From Candidatus Omnitrophota bacterium (GTDB lineage Bacteria > Omnitrophota > Gorgyraeia > B26-G9): 64,000 bases of DNA. Made by a program: the position numbers and the translations under genes. The stretch covers positions 28,366 through 92,365 of the forward strand of contig JAZDHZ010000003.1 in assembly GCA_043805415.1 (NCBI GenBank), read 5' to 3'. Shown here one piece after another: positions 62,330-64,000 of the stretch. Numbering within the stretch: the stretch's first letter is position 1; each line of letters starts with the position of its first letter. The notes beneath the pieces were generated by a model. It made no database searches. It saw nothing but the letters and a program-made list of their open reading frames with translations, and had not been told where the DNA came from.

Positions 62330-63011
62330 GTGGATGAAGTAATTAGAAAGTTAGTCGCGCATGAAGAAGAACCTTGGAGAATATTTAGAATAATGTCAGA
62401 GTTTGTTGAAGGATTTGAAGTTTTATCAAAGATCGGGCCAGCTGTGTCTATTTTTGGTTCAGCAAGAAAAATGACCAAAGACGAGCCACATTATAAAGTT
62501 GCTCAGGAGATTGCGTATAAACTTAGCAAAAAAGGTTTCGCGATAATTACGGGTGGCGGACCTGGGATTATGGAAGCAGCAAATCGCGGAGCAAAACAAG
62601 CAAAAGGCGTTTCAATTGGTTTAAATATTCAAATTCCGACAGAGCAAAAACCTAACCCATTTATTAATAAGTTATTACAGTTTCGCTACTTTTTTTGTCG
62701 GAAAGTTATGTTTGTAAAGTATGCTCAGGCTTATGTCATCCTGCCAGGCGGGTTTGGAACTCTCGATGAATTTTTTGAGGCAATAACTTTGATTCAAACC
62801 GGCAGAAGTGAATCTTTTCCCGTTGTTCTGGTTGGAAAAAAAATATTGGCAGGGTCTAGTAAAGTGGTTAAATTCAACTGTTCATAAAGCCGGGAGTATC
62901 CAAGAAAATGATTTAAAAATTTTTAAGCTTGTCGATACTGCTGAGGAAGCTGTGAAAATAATATGTGATTTTCACGAAACTCATAAACCAGTAAAAAACA
63001 ATAAGCAATAG
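62330..63011 (+). pseudogene. LOG-family (TIGR00730) cytokinin riboside 5'-monophosphate phosphoribohydrolase-like gene interrupted by a +1 frameshift in an A8 run
   Basis: The N-terminal part (62330..62887 frame) has GGGPGIMEA and PGGFGTLDEF. The C-terminal continuation YWQGLVKWL...EEAV is in the 62808..63011 frame. Deleting one A at 62822-62829 restores VLVGKKYWQGL. Confidence 0.55.
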
Positions 63012-63123
63012 AAGAAGTGATTATCGCTGTAAGATAAATGATGTAAAAGGTTTAATTGCTTGCCTAACAATGAAAAATCTGGTAAAATCGGCATATAGGG
63101 GTTTTAAAAAAAAGGGTTGATGC

Positions 63124-64000
63124 ATGCCACAATACGAATTAAATTTAAGAGACTATGTCCGAATTTTTCGCCGTCGAAGAACAATGATAATTTTTACTTT
63201 TATCCTTGTTTTATCCGGGAGTATGTTATTTACAAAAGAAAAAGCGCCTTTTTATGAAGCAGTTACAACTGTTAAGCTAGAAGAAAGAAAAACTGTTGCC
63301 GGTCTTTTGACTGAATGGATAGTTTATAGCCCCGGAGATATGATGGAATCTGAAACCCAGCTTATCCGAGGCAATCAGATAATGAAAAAATCTGCGATTA
63401 GTCTGGGCATGATCGCTTCTGATGCAGCTGAAGATGAAATCAATGCGGCGATTAGTAAATTAGAAGACATGATTAAGGCTGAAAGACAAGGCACAACAAA
63501 TATTATTCGGATCATTGCCAGCGCGGATAATGCTCAGATTGCGATTGAAACTGCCAATACTGTTGCCAGTGTTTATATTGAGGAAAATCTTCTGGGAAAA
63601 ACTTTGCAGGCGCGTAATGCCCGGCAGTTTATTCAGGAACAGCTTACCGCTTTGGACGATAGGCTCAAAGAAAAAGAAGAGACATTAAAAAGACTGTCTG
63701 AAGAAACAAAAAATATTAATCTCGCTGCTCCGATGCAGGAAAAAATAACTGAGCTGCAATTCGAATTAAGCTCCATATTACAAAAATACACAGATCGTCA
63801 TCCCTCGGTAATAGAGCTAAGAGAAAGAATCGCAGAACTTCAAAAACAAACCAAGGGGCTATCCGGTGAAGATCTGACTTATGCGCGTCTTTCAAGAGAA
63901 GTAGAAGCAGATAAAAGACTTTATTCGCTGCTGAAAGAAAAACTGGAAGAAGCGCGGATAACCGAAGCGCAAAAAGTCGGGGATATCTCTGTAGTTAATC
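63124..64000 (+). CDS. Polysaccharide chain-length determinant (Wzz/GumC/EPS-transport family) protein, 3' partial
   Basis: ATG at 63124 with an open frame to the window end. N-terminal TM after RRRRT. Wzz-like periplasmic coiled-coil region (LTALDDRLKEKEETLKRL...). Confidence 0.5.
   Translation, partial: MPQYELNLRDYVRIFRRRRTMIIFTFILVLSGSMLFTKEKAPFYEAVTTVKLEERKTVAGLLTEWIVYSPGDMMESETQLIRGNQIMKKSAISLGMIASDAAEDEINAAISKLEDMIKAERQGTTNIIRIIASADNAQIAIETANTVASVYIEENLLGKTLQARNARQFIQEQLTALDDRLKEKEETLKRLSEETKNINLAAPMQEKITELQFELSSILQKYTDRHPSVIELRERIAELQKQTKGLSGEDLTYARLSREVEADKRLYSLLKEKLEEARITEAQKVGDISVVN

Noticed and set aside
62808-63011. 67-aa ORF listed as a separate gene
   Set aside because: It is the out-of-frame C-terminal continuation of the LOG-family gene, reached by the A8 frameshift, not an independent gene.

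Overview
AT-rich ~64 kb chromosomal window from a diderm (Gram-negative-type) bacterium. The envelope genes present are ArnT, SurA, OmpA-like and AMIN, SPOR and LysM domain proteins. The lineage cannot be assigned from sequence alone; an uncultivated low-GC diderm phylum is plausible. Coding is dense and almost entirely housekeeping. It includes ArnD(partial)-ArnT lipid-A modification, KtrBA potassium uptake, miaB-like and miaA, a surA-pdxA-ksgA operon preceded by a truncated mfd, fhs, and rplM-rpsI. A ~13.5 kb biosynthetic mega-cluster runs argC-J-B-D-F-G-H-lysA-dapF-dapA-dapB-dapL, followed by folK-panC-panD-nadA-nadX. After a four-tRNA cluster come tig-clpP, serC-like and serA, purA, mgtC, larB-larC, secG, an SBP-5 ABC binding protein, an M48 peptidase, a LOG-family gene and a partial Wzz/GumC-like gene at the 3' edge. 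I see no transposase, integrase, CRISPR array or phage genes. The non-housekeeping pockets are listed next. (i) A 1074-aa protein joins an N-terminal hydrophobic anchor and a long coiled-coil region to a complete Upf1-like SF1 helicase core. (ii) A ~600-nt non-coding gap lies upstream of a both-ends-truncated Mfd. (iii) A 501-aa membrane-anchored protein carries pseudo-receiver and atypical-kinase-like signatures under a perfect consensus promoter. (iv) Three tiny proteins (Cys-rich, internally duplicated, TRASH-type zinc ribbon) are followed by rmuC and three tandem PilZ-domain paralogs. (v) Two tandem AMIN plus coiled-coil paralogs are present. (vi) A family of intergenic repeat elements begins just after stop codons with AGCRTATAGCGATTAGCG, carries element-specific short tandem repeats and ends near AAAAGCAGA. 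A related GTCACAAGACACAAG repeat also sits in-frame inside the miaB-like gene. All functional calls rest on motif-level recognition by eye and no database search was possible.
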